NCBI GenBank assembly: GCA_038087875.1
Contig: JAXLNO010000267.1
Location: 1 to 64,000 of the forward strand
DNA length: 64,000 nt
Reading direction: 5' to 3'
Source of the DNA: Malacoraja senta
Taxonomy: Eukaryota
A program made the position numbers and the translations under genes. Below, piece after piece: positions 1 through 14,500 of this stretch. The notes under the pieces are model-generated. The model had not been told where the DNA came from, did not search any database, and saw only the letters and a program-made list of their open reading frames with translations. How positions within the stretch are numbered: position 1 is the first letter of the stretch; the number at the start of each line of letters is the position of its first letter.

Positions 1-279
1 TCATGTTTCCTCTTCTGCGATGGTTCTGAACACTGAAGTGAAATACTGCATATTCTGGAAGTAAGTCACAAAATGCTGCAAACCGTCAATAGGTCAAAAG
101 AACCTGTACTTGAATGACTTTCATTCAAATAATTATTTTCTCTCGTGTCTGATCTGAGTATTTGATCATGAATAACGTACGACCTGCAGCAGGCCCTTTG
201 AGCCAGCAGAGCCATAGCATCAAGGTTGTATTCGCAACACTTCCAAATGCCCTGGCAGACCAAGTGAATCGGGTGGAAG

Positions 280-600
280 GATGAAAAGATTCGAGGAATG
301 TGATCAAAGCCTGCTTAGGGTGGGAAAAAATGCAATGTCCCCACTGACTCCCGAAATCTCTGGACCACGACTATTGAAAGTGGAGAAAGAGCATTCGGGA
401 TGGCATTGAGAGACTTGAGACCATGCTGAAAGCGAACAAAGAAGCCTTTTGTAAATGGTGGGAGGAGTGCCCCATCTCACGCACTACCCAGGCACCCACT
501 CTATTAACCACCTCCTCCTAAACATGGGGGAGGAATCTGCAATTCCCACAGTATCCTCCTTAATCATCTCTGAGCCAGAGAGAAAGCAAATCACCCTCAA
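280..600 (+). mobile_element. Probable RTE-clade LINE 3' remnant
   Basis: Degenerate KWRKSIRDGIE-type C-terminal motif. Confidence 0.4.
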
Positions 601-3600
601 TCTTGAGGGAGTGCCGAAGAAAAATATTCCTATCCAATCAGGATTTGCCCTCTGGATTGGAGTTCTGGTTTAAAGTATTCATTTGAACCTGCTGGGAGAT
701 GCCTGTTTTAAAATTATTCCATGTATTATTCCATTATCTTGTGATCTTAAATTTATTGCGGGTTCATGGTATTTATATTGACTATCGGGCTTGTTTCTTT
801 TGTTATCAATGTGCCAAGGCTGTTATTGATTATGTTGTCTGTGTTAACAAATTAGTACTTGTGACTTTTTTAGACATAATTTTCGGTGTTTTTATTTGCA
901 GAGAGCAACACGACACAGTTTTTCAGGTCTGTTGCCTCACTGACAGGTTCAGATGAAATCTCAGCTTATAGTCTCTTTAGGCCATATCACATAAAAACGA
1001 TTACCTCAATATGCAGACACAAAATTATTAATCATTAATTTTAAATGAAACAAAATTCTATCCTGTTATTAGAAATGATTGGAATAGCAATGTGGTCATG
1101 AGTGAAATTGAGTTTTAAGTTGAGTTTAGTGTATTGTCATGTGTACTGAGGTACATTGAAAAGCTTGTTTGTGCTAACCAGTCAGCGAAAGACAATACAT
1201 GATTACAATCAAGACATCCACAGTGTACAGATACATGATACAGGGAATAACGTTTAGTTCAAAGTAAAGTCCGATCAAAATAGGATCTAAAATACATAGA
1301 GATGCAAGGAACTGCGGAGACTGGTTTAGAAGAAAAGACACACAGTGCTGGAGTAAGTCAGCGGGTCAGGCAGTATATCTGGAGAAGATGGATGGGTGAC
1401 ATTTCGGGACGCTCCTTCAGACCTAGAAATGTGCAGGATCTGGAAATGTGCTGCAACTGATTATCTCTGGACTCCTCAGTGTGAGCATCTCATCCCCCTA
1501 CAAAGGTGATTCTGAAGATTTCTGCTATTTTTCGGGCAGCTTTCAATTCTCCCCCGTCTCTGAGCTTTGCTTTAATTCTTCTCGCATCTCGTGAAGCGCT
1601 TAAGATATTTTGGGTACAATCAAAGGCGCTATACAAATTCTTGGTGTCGCGGTGGTGGTGTCAGTACAAATGGAGATGATCACTTTTCTCAACCACTCCC
1701 CTTAATGCAGACACTGGGTGTCTGAAATGGAAAGTATTTCATTCTCCAGTAGCAATATCCATCACCGTGCAATGCATAAAAATTCACTGAATGAAAGATA
1801 AAGAGAAGCTTGTGAATACGGCTGAGAAGAATAACTGGGAACTGAGTATTTTTTATCACATCCCACTCATGTTCTGTCTGTGAGTGTTGTGCAGTGAAAT
1901 ATGCAGAGCTGTGACAAACTAGATTTCTGTCACATTTTTCTAATTTATTTTACCTTGTGTTCGTGGCCAAACACAACATATAAAGCAACAATATAAATCT
2001 CCATCCAGAAAACAAATAACCACACAAGTGGAAAAAAACAACCCGATGCAATCTGCCAGCATTTTTATGCAAATTCCAAAATATCCTTGGGTGCAGCAGA
2101 TATTGTACTTTGTAATCATAACTGAGCAACCGCGATCCTGGTCATATTCTCGTAGATCGAAAGATCAAGCTCAAGAAGGATCCTGACCTGAAATGTCACC
2201 TATTCATGTTCTTCAGAGATGCTGCCTGACATTCGGGGACATTTGGAAGCAATAAGTATTGAGAAGGGTTTTCCCAGCTAACTCGGGCATTGTTTAGGTA
2301 TCTGTCTGTCGATGGGCTTCCTTAGCAGATGTGACTGAGACTTGCTCTGCCCTGCCTGCTTGGCCCAATTATATTGAAAGAGGAGTAGGAAGGAACTGCA
2401 GATGCTGGTTTAACCGAATATAGACACAAAATGCGGGAATAACTCAGCGGGTCTGAAGAAGGGTCCCGACCCGATGTGTCACCCATTGCTTCTCTTCAGA
2501 GATGCTGCCTGTCCTGCTGAGTTACTCCAGCATTTTGAGATTATATTGAATGAGGATTTTGCCAATAAGTCAGAGCTCTGGATTTAAGTTGCATGAGTTC
2601 AGGAAAATAGAAATTTGTAGTTTAAAAATAATTCATTGTGGGAAGAGAAATTGCAGCAGTTTGTTCTTTTGAAGAAATTTCTACCTTGTTCCTGGGTAAA
2701 GTTATGTTCAAAATGTCACCAAACCTATCTGTGGCAGTCGAGAAATCATCTTTTGTAGCTGTCGACATTTGATGATCTTATGAAATGATTCGACTTCAAT
2801 TCAATGTAATGGATACATGGCCCGGCTGTCAGCTACATCAGTAATTGAAGTACATCCAATTTTACATATGTAGTAATAGAACTGGAAGTGGATGCAATTG
2901 CTTAAGAGTACCTCTGAAGTTCAAAAATGAACTTGAAGTAGCAGAGACACTTCGGCAATCAGATTTCCCTCAGCACAGAATTGGAGCAGATTGCAGAAAT
3001 AACAACGCAGGTGACACAGACCTGGAAGATGCATGGAAAGGTGAAAACATTAGAATGAATAAGATCGAGAGAATATGGGTTTTCTTGCTCAGAAAATTCA
3101 TGTGAATAGATTTTCACAACAGCTGTCACTATCGGTGCTTGAGAATCCGAATAAAAAAATATTGAAGCCTGATTCTTCACCCTGTGAATTAGAACATGGA
3201 ACATAGAACATAAAACAGTACAGCACAGCAAAGCACAGCGCTTCGGCCCACAATGTCTGTGCTGAACATTATGCCAATACCAATTCTTATTCACTGACAG
3301 AAAGCAGTCTTTCTCAGCTGATTGTAATAGAACCATTTGGTATATGAAAAGAAACTCCTTGTACCATTGTGGTGTGTATTTATTTGGCCACATAGTTGCT
3401 CTCAGGCTATGTGCATGTCAATACTAGATAACAGATGGTGCGGTTCTACTAACGGTAGTTCAAACCAAAGTGCTTGCCCTTCTCTTACACTGAACAGTAA
3501 TATTTATGGTGTCACCTCCTCTGTGAAGATACTCAACCAGTTTCCTAATGAAAAAGTAGCCATGGGGACATCCATCTTGTTCAATCGCTGAGCCAAGAAA

Positions 3601-4799
3601 AACCAACCTAACTAGGATGATTTATCCAGTGAAGCCATCGTCTAGTACTGATCAACAGTGAGCATTTAAATTGAGTTACTGCCATTGCCATCAGAATCCA
3701 GCGTTAGGTTGAATACGAATCTCTATTCAACACTTCGAGAGCTAGCTGAAAACTATGCTCCTTTGCTACTTGTATATATCCAGTCATTTGTTGGGGGGGA
3801 AAAGTCTCATTTTATTAAGATTCAATTGTATAATTATTGACATTTACTTCATATATTTAGAGGGATGCTCCTGTTATTTTGTCAGCCACGCATGTATCAT
3901 TTTGTGTTCTTCATAAAATATGTGGTTTGACTGATATTTTTATTGTTTTGAAGAGAAGCAAATTACAGCCTTGCAGATACATTGCACCTCACCTAAAGTA
4001 ATATTGCTAGAGGGTTGGGGAAACTGTAGGAAATGGTAAGGGTGGAACATGCTTTCAAGAAGGTAGAACATTATTCATAAGGGATTCACGAATACTGATG
4101 GAAGTTTAACTTGAAATATGTCATGAAATTCCTATAATCAAGAAACAATTTGCTGCCTGTTCATGCAGAGGTCTGTTGCATGACTAGGCTGCCAGCATGA
4201 ATTTCACTTCTGTGCAAGTGATTGACTGCATGTGCTGGTTTATATATTTTTAAAAGGCAGCATCTGTGGAGGACATGGACAGGCGCATTTTGGGTCAGAA
4301 CCCATTCTCAGACAGGTTGTAAGGAAGAGGGGGGGGGGTTGATAAACTGAACATGGAAATTATTGACAGGTTCTTGATTAATAAAGATGCCGAGGGTTAT
4401 GGGAGAAGGCAGGAGAATGGGGTTGGAAGGGAAAGATAGATCAGCCATGATTAATGGTGGAATAGACTTGATGGGCTGAATGACCTCATTCTGCTCTATG
4501 ACTTATGACATTATATTACACGGTACATTGAATTCTTAATGGGAGACATCCTCGATTAACGATACAGACTCCATTTAAAACATTTGGATAAAGTTCCAGT
4601 GTTTTTGAGCAAGAGTGCTGAATGTCCAGAGGATAGGTTTATTAAGTTCATAAAATACATTTTTGAATGTCGATCCATTTTTGAAAATCATTTTTTTAAT
4701 GTTTTGAAATCATTATTACATCAAAGTACATTTAGAAATCATAATCTTTACAATTTAGAGATTATGTTAAATCCAATACACAAAATTATAGGACTAGGG

Positions 4800-5775
4800 A
4801 ACCAGAAATCCTTGACGAATGTTTGAATAAACATCCTAAAACAGAAAAATTAATAACTTATATTTTAGAACACCCTCTTAGATAATGAGGTCCCATCGAT
4901 GGAATCATATAGACACACATGGGAAATGAATTAGGCCAACAAAAGATATTTGGGACGAAAGTCTACAATATATACATCAATGCTCGTTAAATGCCAGACA
5001 TGCTTTAATACAATTTAAAGTATTACACAGATTACATTATTCTAAAGCAAAATTAAATAGAATTTTCCACATATCTCTCCTATTTGTGATAAATGTCAGC
5101 ATCTAGAGGCTAACTTAACACATACTTTTGCAAATTGTATAAAAATTTAAAATTCTGGATTGATATTTTTAGAATAATTTCTGAAGTTGTCAATACTAAA
5201 TTGGATCCCGACTCAAAACTAATAATACTTGGAATATCAGAACAAAGTCTAACACTCACATCAAGCCAAAGAAACTTCCTAGACTACAGTATAATAACTG
5301 GGAAAAAAATAATATTAAAATTTTGGAAAGGTCCTATAACCCCCACAATTAAAATGTGGATTATGGAAATGTCGGAGACCCTACACCTGGAAAGAATCAG
5401 ACTTGTCTTAATGGACAAACAATAATTTTTTGTTAGAATATGGTCTCCATTCATTGACTATTTGAAGGGGTAGATCGGTTCGGCACGGGAACCTAACTGA
5501 AGCTTGAACAGGATAGATGAAAAGTTATACTTTATAATCTACGAACCTATCTCCAATGATGTATTATTAGTAAATTATTCCACTTTTATTTTTTATCTTG
5601 ACATTTGTGTTTTTTTCTGTTTTTTCTCTCTTTCTTTCTCACTTTCTATCTATATAAAAAAAACTAGAATCAATCCACAATTGATAATATTAATAATATA
5701 TGATTGATAAACATGAAATGTTTTTACCATAATATGTCTTTGCTTCTAATAAAAATATTATTAAAATAAATAAAA
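4800..5775 (+). mobile_element. L1 3' fragment
   Basis: Decayed ORF2 C-terminus (QFKVLHRLHYSK, ICDKCQ, KFWK..TPTIKMW), same family as 7613-8752, with an A-rich tail. Confidence 0.85.
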
Positions 5776-8700
5776 AATCATAATCTTGATGTAATAATGA
5801 ACACATAGATATCAGGAAATTGGAATACTCCATTAAAACAGGAACTTTTAAGGAATTATCTTTGACTGAATTATAGTCATTCAAATTGTTTGGCAGCTAA
5901 TATATATAACTTGAAAACCAGATGTTCCAGCCCACTGATAGTTTTATATACAATGATAGTTTTATTTATTTTTTTATTTAAAAAAGTCATAATTTTCTAA
6001 TTCATAGACAATTCCAAGCGTAGCACAAATGTTATCATATGTCTCTCAACACAGTCAGACAGCATGGGAAACAGGCTGTTCAACTCAACTTGCCCGAGCT
6101 GACCAACATGCTCCATCCACACTAGTCCCACTTACCCACGCTTGAACCATAACCCAGCATTGCCCCCTCATCTTCAACCTACAGTGCTCTCCATAATGTT
6201 TGGGACAAAGACTCATCATTTATTTATTTGCCTTCCACAATTTGTATTCCACAATTTGAGATTTGTAATAGAAAGAAATCACACGTGGTTAAAGTGCACA
6301 TTTCCAGATTTTAATAAAGGGTATTTTTATACATTTGGTTTCGCCATGTAGAAATTAAAGTTTATACATAGTCCCCCCCTGTCAGGGCACCATAATGTTT
6401 GGGACACAGCAATGTCATGTAATGAAAGTAGTCATGTTTAATATTTTGTTGCATATCCTTTGCATGTAATGACTGCTTGAAGTCTGCGATTCATGGACAT
6501 CACCAGTTGCTGGGTGTCTTCTCTGGTGATGCTCTGCCAGGCCTGTATTGCAGCCATCTTTAGCTTATGCTTGTTTTGGCGGCTAGTCCCCTTCAGTTTT
6601 CTCTTCAGCATATAAAAGGCATGCTCAATTGGGTTCAGATAGAGTGATTGACTTGGCCACTCAAGAATTGACAATTTTTTAGCTTTGAAAAACTCCTTTG
6701 TTGCTTGAGCAGTATGTTTGGGATCATTGTCTTGCTGTAGAATGAACTGCCGGCCAATGAGATTTGAGGCATTTGTTTGAACTTGAGCAGATGGGATGTG
6801 TCTGTACATTTCAGAATTCATTATACCATCAGCAGTTGTATCATCAATGAACATAAGTGAACCAGTCCCTTCAGCAGCCATACATGCCCAGGCCATAACA
6901 CCCCCACCACCGTGTTTCACAGATGAGGTGGTATGCTTTGGAACTTGGGCAGTTCATTCTCTCCTACATACTTTGCTCTTGCCATCACTCTGATATGTTA
7001 ATCTTCATCTCATCTGTTCACAAGACCTTTTTCCAGAACTGTGGTTGCTCTTTTAAGTACTTCATAGCAAACAGTAACCTGACCATCCTATTTCTGCAGC
7101 TAACCAGTGGTTTGCATCTTGCAGTGTAGCTTCTGTATTTCTGTTCATGAAGTCTTCTGCGGACAGTGGTCATTGACAAATCCACACCTCACTCCTGAAG
7201 ATTGTTTCTTTTTTTTTTCTTTTTTAAAAAATTTTATTTATTAGAAGTACATTACATTACAACCACATACATTAGTACTCGTCACTTATATCTTCTTACA
7301 ATTAATGTACTCCGTTTGTTTTTTACACTAGAAAAGGGAAAGGATGAGATTGAAAGAAAGAAGAAAGTGAAGGAAAAAGTGAAAGTGTAGAAAATGTGAC
7401 AACAAGAAAGAACGAAGACCCTATAAGAACAAAATTAAAAACAAAAGAAAAAGAGTTAAGAAATAGACCCTAGAAAAGAAGGAGAAAGAGAAAGAGGGAA
7501 AAGAGAAAAACAAATAGTTTTTATGAGCATTACGCAAATGGGACATACCAACTCTCCAACTTTCATCCCCTCTTACCTGACCTCAGGTTTTTTTTTAAGG
7601 TACCTTTGCACCCTATATTTGTAATAATTCTATAAATGCAGACCACGTCAGGTGGAAGTGATCTGGTTTACCTGCCAGGAGGAGTCTTATCTCTTCTAGG
7701 TGTAATGTTTCGAACATATTTGAAATCCACATGTTTATAGTTGGTATTGGAGCCTTCTTCCAAAATTTTAGGATTAGCTTTTTTCCAGTTATTAACCCGT
7801 AGTCTATTAGTTTCTTTTGAAACACGTTTAGTTCTGGACCATCTTCCGTTATTCCGAAGATAATCCATTCTGCTTTGGGTATCAGTTTTATTTTAAATAA
7901 TTTTGTAAAGATTTCAAAAATTTCAATCCAAAATTTTTGAATTTTGGTACAGAAAACAAATGAGTGCGCTATAGTAGCTTCTTGGGATTGACATTTATCA
8001 CAAATGGATGATACATTTGGGAAAATTTTATGGATTTTAGTTTTGGAATAATATAATCTATGTAAAATTTTAAATTGTATTAAAGTGTGTCTTACATTAA
8101 TCGAACATTTATGCACGCTTAATAAGTGTTCATTCCACCTTTCCTTTGAAATTTTAATAGCTAACTCTTGTTCCCAGTTTCTTCTGATACCCTCCGTAGA
8201 TGGTATTTCTACATTTAAGATGATATTATACAAATATGATATTAAGTTTGCTGATTCAGCTTTTATCTGCATTGCATCATCCAATACATCTGCTGGGCTA
8301 TTGTAATGATCTTTTGTATATTTTTTCAAATAGTCGCATATTTGAAAATATTTAAAATATTGATTATTTCCAAATTTATATTTTATTTGTAATTGTTGAA
8401 ATGAAAGTAATTTTCCAGTTTCATATAAGTCACCGAACGTTTTAATTCCTAGTCTATCCCAATGTGTGAAAGATTTATGTATAGTAGAGGGATTAAACGA
8501 AGGGTTATTAACTATGGGAGATAAAAGTGATAAATTTCTTAATTTTAAATTTTGTTTTATTTGTTTCCAAATTCGGATTGTGCTATGTATAATTGGGTTC
8601 TTATTATAATTTATATTATTCAGTTTCATTGGTGAGAGGAGGATCGCACCAATGTTTCCAGAGGAGCAATCCTCTTTCTCCATTACAATCCAGTCCACTT

Positions 8701-9511
8701 GCTGGGCAGAGTTATCCATCAGTTGAATCATATTTTTAATATTTACTGACAATAATAATACATGAAATTAGGTAGTGCTAAACCCCCTAATACTTTAGGT
8801 TTATTCAAGTGAGTTTTTTGTATTCTATGTGATTTATAGTCCCATATAAAATTAGTGATATCTGAGCAGTTTTTTTTTAAACTTCTTTGGTAAGTATATA
8901 GGAATCGATTGAAATAGGTGTAAAATTTGTGGTAGAAAGATCATTTTTATTGCATTTATTCGGCCTATTAAAGACATCGGGAGCGTTTTCCAAAATTTAA
9001 TTAGTGTGTTTAATTTATTAAGTAGGGGATCAAAATTTGCTTTAAACATACCTTGATGGTCCGGATAGATTTACTAATGAATTTTATAAAAGCTTCTATG
9101 ATAAAATTATACCAAGATTACAAAAAATGTACCAATATGCTTTTAAAAATACAAATACTACCTGATACATTAGCGGAATCGATGATTACACTAATACTTA
9201 AGAAAGACAAAGATTTCGAAGAACCGGGTTCATATAGAGCTATAGCATTGTTAAACACAGATCAAAAAATATTAGCGAAAACATTAGCTAGATGATTAAG
9301 TAAATATATTAGTAAATTAATAAACCCAGATCAGACGGGGTTTATCCCTAAGAGATACTCATCTAACAATATGAGACGTTTACTCAACATAATGCACTCA
9401 CACAAATCTGAAGAACAAGAATTATCAATTATTTCGCTGGATGCTGAAAAAGCATTTGACCAAGTAGAATGGAATTTTACTTCGGAGTCACGTGAGTGAC
9501 TACGTGAAGAA

Positions 9512-10847
9512 ACATAGAAACTTAGAAACATAGAAAATAGGTGCAGGAGTAGGCCATTCGGCCCTTCGAGCCTGCACCGCCATTCAATATGATCATGGCT
9601 GATCATTCAACTCAGTATCCCGTACCTGCCTTCTCTCCATATCCCCTGATCCCCTTAGCCACAAGGGCCACATCTAACTCCCTCTTAAATATAGCCAATG
9701 AACTGGCCTCAACTACCCTCTGTGGCAGAGAGTTCCAGAGATTCACCACTCTCTGTGTGAAAACGTTTTTCCTCATCTCGGTCTTAAAGGATTTCCCCCT
9801 TATCCTTAAGCTGTGACCCCTTGTCCTGGACTTCCCCAACATCGGGAACAATCTTCCTGCATCTAGCCTGTCCAACCCCATAAGAATTTTGTACGTTTCT
9901 ATAAGATCCCCTCTCAATCTCCTAAATTCTAGAGAGTATAAGCCAAGTCTATCCAGTCTTTCTTCATATGAAAGTCCTGACATCCCAGGAATCAGTCTGG
10001 TGAACCTTCTCTGCACTCCCTCTATGGCTATAATGTCCTTCCTCAGATTTGGAGACCAAAACTGTACGCAATACTCCAGGTGTGGTCTCACCAAGACCCT
10101 GTACAACTGCAGTAGAACCTCCCTGCTCCTATACTCAAATCCTCTTGCTATGAAGGCCAACATACCATTCGCTTTCTTCACTGCCTGCTGCATCTGCATG
10201 CCTACTTTCAATGACTGGTGTACCATGATACCCAGGTCTCGCTGCATCTCCCCATTTCCTAATCGGCCACCATTTAGATAATAGTCTGCCTTCCCGTTTT
10301 TGCCACCAAAGTGGATAACCTCACATTTATCCACATTATACTGCATCTGCCAAACATTTGCCCACTCACCCAGCCTATCCAAGTCACCTTGCAGTCTCCT
10401 AGCATCCTCCTCACAGCTAACACTGCCCCCCAGCTTAGTGTCATCCGCAAACTTGGAGATGTTGCTTTCAATTCCCTCATCCAGTTCATTAATATATATT
10501 GTAAATAGCTGGGGTCCCAGCACTGAGCCTTGCGGTACCCCACTAGTCACTGCCTGCCATTGTGAAAAGGACCCATTTACTCCTACTCTTTGCTTCCTGT
10601 TTGCCAGCCAGTTCTCTATCCACATCAATACTGAACCCCCAATACCGTGTGATTTAAGTTTGTATCCTAATCTCTTATGTGGTACCTTGTCGAAAGCCTT
10701 CTGAAAGTCCAGATACAACACATCCACTGGTTCTCCCCTATCCACTCTACTAGTTACATCCTCGAAAAATTCTATAAGATTCGTCAGACACGATTTACCT
10801 TTCGTAAATCCATGCTGACTTTGTCCAATGATTTCACCACTTTCCAA
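9512..10847 (-). mobile_element. Young 5'-truncated CR1 LINE inserted in the DIRS left ITR
   Basis: Uninterrupted RT ORF (QHGF, DFQKAFD, PQGSVLGP, FADD), (TTTCTATG)n tail and possible TSD AAGAA at 9507-9511 and 10848-10852. Confidence 0.95.
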
Positions 10848-11249
10848 AAGAACCCCGCCAATGCGCCCGCGCGTCATTACGTCAGACGCCTTGACGCAAA
10901 CGGACGTGAGGAGCAGAGCTCCTCCAGTGGTTTGTAGTTTTTCAACTACAAGGTAAGTAAAAACTTTTTTCATGTTTTCCAGGTCCGTTTACTGTTGGAC
11001 TATGGGGATTTTTTCCACAGACGCCATGGGAAAAAACGGACAGGGGTAAGAGGCGAGCGACACAGCCGACAGAAAGTCGGGAAAGTCGGGTGTCCGCGGT
11101 TAGAGACCAACCGCCTCTAAACCCCGGTACAGTCGCCAGCGGTGAGCATAGCGACTGTGGACCTGGGGCTGGTGAAAACACAGTCAGCGCCTGTCGGGCA
11201 AAAGACGAAGTTTAAATCCCAACAGCACACGGAGGGAGTCCCAGGCAAT

Positions 11250-11502
11250 GGAAGTAGCTCCAGGGCTAGATACTGCTTTCGAGCATATTGCACAAATAGA
11301 AAGCCTTTTATATAGGCTGTTGGAGCAAAGTTCACTCAGGGAGGAGTGTACTGAAATCCAAGCTGCTGGAAGCAGCTCCAGGGTACAGGGCTAGATACTG
11401 CTTTCGAGCGTATTGCCCAAATAGAAAGCCTTTTACATAGGCTGTTGGAGCAAAGTTCACTCAGAAAGGAGTGTACTGAAATCCAAGCTGCTGGAAGCAG
11501 CT
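11250..11502 (+). repeat. About 120-bp tandem duplication inside the DIRS gag region
   Basis: cagggctagatactgctttcgagc...gctgctggaagcagct occurs twice. Confidence 0.85.
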
Positions 11503-14500
11503 TAACAGCACCTGGCTCAGGGCTGATGGAATGCACCCTCAGGGATGAGGAGCGTGCTACGGGTCATGAGATTTCAGACCCCGACTCTGACGGTGAGGCT
11601 GTACAAGGCGATGAACGGTAGCTGCCAGATGTTCCACCCCTGGCAGTAGGATTCGCTGCCCCGTCAGGGTCAGGAGAGCCATTAGGAGAAGAACTGGCCT
11701 CCTTAATAAATTACTTGGTTTACCATCAGCTGGAACAGCAGGAGATGGATGAGACTGCAAGAAAGCAGGAGACCCCAAGTAACTGTGGGTTGCTGAAAGC
11801 AGAAGCAGTGAACCCAATTATCTGGAATCAGTTGCAGAGAATATTAAAGCTGCTGGGTTCTGGAATAACTGCTTTTACCAGAATAGCAGATAACAGCCAA
11901 GAGATGACGAAGTTGCATCAGGAAGCACTGGGGTTGCTATGCAGCACCCACTTCGAGATCAATTATCTGAGGACGGTGCTATACGGCCTACTATGAATCC
12001 GAAATTCGCAGCACTCTGCAAACCAAGTAATATACAATAACCCAACTTACTCTTTGGAGAGGATCTCGGGAGACGTATTAAAGAGTTGGAAGATGAAGCG
12101 AAAACAGGATTGATAAAAACATCAATGGTTACAAAGTCTGTAAAGAGGAAGTATCCTTTCAGACGTCATACGGATCCTAGACCAGGACCAAGTCGCTCAT
12201 CAACGCAGGGACGTAGCTGGCGGCCTGCAGCGGGAGTAAGAACCAGTGGTGGTGCTTCCGGGAGAATCCAGGGATCTCAGAATACTCAAATGACTCAAAA
12301 GGTAGGTGGACCTGGTTCTCATGGGAACATACTAACTGGATTAAGTCCAAAAGTTGGAGGCAGATTACATCTCTTCTATAAACATTGGAAGAAGATTACT
12401 TCAGATGTGGTAATTCTGAATAATATATAAGGATTTCGAATTGAATTCAATCCAAATTATGATTTGCCTGTCCAGCATGTTCCTAGCAGAACTCTCCACT
12501 TTGCGAAGTAATGGAGGTTCAAGCTGCGCTTCAAAACCCTATATATAAAAGGTGTTTTTGAAGAATCAGTCTACCAAATTGACCAATTTGGGTCAAATAT
12601 ATTCCCTCGATCAAAAAAGGATGGAGGATGTAGGATGGTTATAGACTTGACAAGTCTGAATCCTTTTGTTCAGTGTCTGTTCACTTGCAAGATATGAAGC
12701 ATCTTAAATTTAAATGGATGAACCAATTAGGGCAGTTCAAAGCTCTGCCTAATGGGTTAACGTTCGCTCCCAGAATATTCATAAAATTGTTAAAATCAAT
12801 TCTGGGGTTGCTGAGAGCCAGGGGCATGTACTAATGGCATACCTGGATGATGTCCTGATTATAGGAAGGACAAAACAGTCAACAGAAGCATCAGTTGCTG
12901 TTATGAAATCAAACTTTTGAAAGTTTGGGGGTTTCTAAATTCATCCAAAGAAATCAAGGTTAAAAACATGTACCTCAATTGATTATTTGGGGTTCACAAT
13001 TGATTCAGCCCAAATGCAAATTACTTTGCCCAGTGAAATAAGGGTGGAGTTGATTAAAGATTGCAGTAATCTGTTAAACGAGCAAAAACCTCTAATCAGA
13101 CAGGTGGCTCGAGTACTGGGAAAATTAGTAGATTCCCAGCAGTCCAGTATGGACCATTACATTATCAACAGCTGCAGAGAATCAAAGAACAGGCACTGAG
13201 AATAAATGCTGGTCATTTTGGTAGAACCATGCAAGTAACAACAAATGCTGTTTCTAATCTGCAGTGGTGGATTCTACATGTCTCAAGCAGTTCAGGCAAA
13301 GTGCTGATTGAACAACCTTCCATGATATTACAAACTGATGCCAGTGCACTAGGATGGGGTGCAACTGATTTAACATCTAGCTGCGGAGGCAGATGGAATC
13401 AGGAAGAGTTATTGTTACTGCAGACATGGGGAATTACCTATTTGGAGCTTTTAGGAGGTTTCTATGGACTCCAAGCTTGTGGTTCTAACACAACTAAAAG
13501 GAAGGTTCAAGTTAAAATTAATAAACACAACAGCAGTTGCCTATATTAATGATATGGGTGGAATTAAGTCGGTGTCATGTGACAAAATGGTTACATCAAC
13601 TTTGGTCTTGGTGTATTGAGAAGAACATTTGGATTTCAGCTATCTATCTACCAGGTAGAATGAACACGATAGCAGACACCAGGTCACGAAAGTTCCATGA
13701 TAATAAAGAATGGATGTTGAATCAAGAGGTATTCAATGATATAGTAATCAGATTTGGAATGCCCGACATCGACTTGAATCATCAGCTATCGAGATATGTC
13801 TCATGGAAACCAGATCCAGGAGCAGTGGCGATTGATGCTTTCTCGCTACATTGGGGTGGTATGTTTTCATATATATTTCCACCTTTCTTCCTCATAAGCC
13901 AATGTTTGCTTAAAATCAGGCTAGATGCTGCTTCAAGGGTATTGGTAGTACCAGATTGGCCTACACAGCCATGGTATCCGTTGATATTAGAATTAACAAC
14001 ACAAATGTTGATGAAAGTCCCAAAAAGGAGTAATTTATTGCTGCACCCTGTAACAGGGTAACAACATCCATTATATGATTGTTTGGATTTGTTGATTTGC
14101 AGGTTTTAAGAATGCCTTTTCTGGGACGAGGACTGTCTGAGCGTACTGTGGACATGCTTACGGCAGCCTGGAGGAAGAGCACTCAAAAACAGTACCTGTC
14201 TTATATTAAGAAATGGGAAGAGTTCTGTGTACAAAAGAATGTGCAATAAAGTACTGCAGATATTTCAAATGTTTAGAATTTCTGTCAAAACTTTATTATG
14301 ATGAAGGTCTGAGTTGTAGTGCAATTAATTCAGCCAGAAGTGCATTGTCCTCATATTTGGTTCTGGAGTCAGAAAGAAACCCAATTGGGTCACACCCAAT
14401 TGTTTCCAGACTAATGAAAGGAATCTTTAATTCCAAACCACCGAAACCTAGGTACATGACAATCTGGGATGTAAGTGTGGTACTGAAACTACTTCGTGAA

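Noticed and set aside
2845..3105. 86-aa ORF as a possible host exon
   Set aside because: No recognisable homology or convincing splice context; it does not match the TPK1 penultimate exon.
9612..10973. 453-aa ORF as a domesticated DIRS-CR1 fusion gene
   Set aside because: The N-terminal extension is chance antisense read-through into the DIRS ITR from a young truncated CR1.
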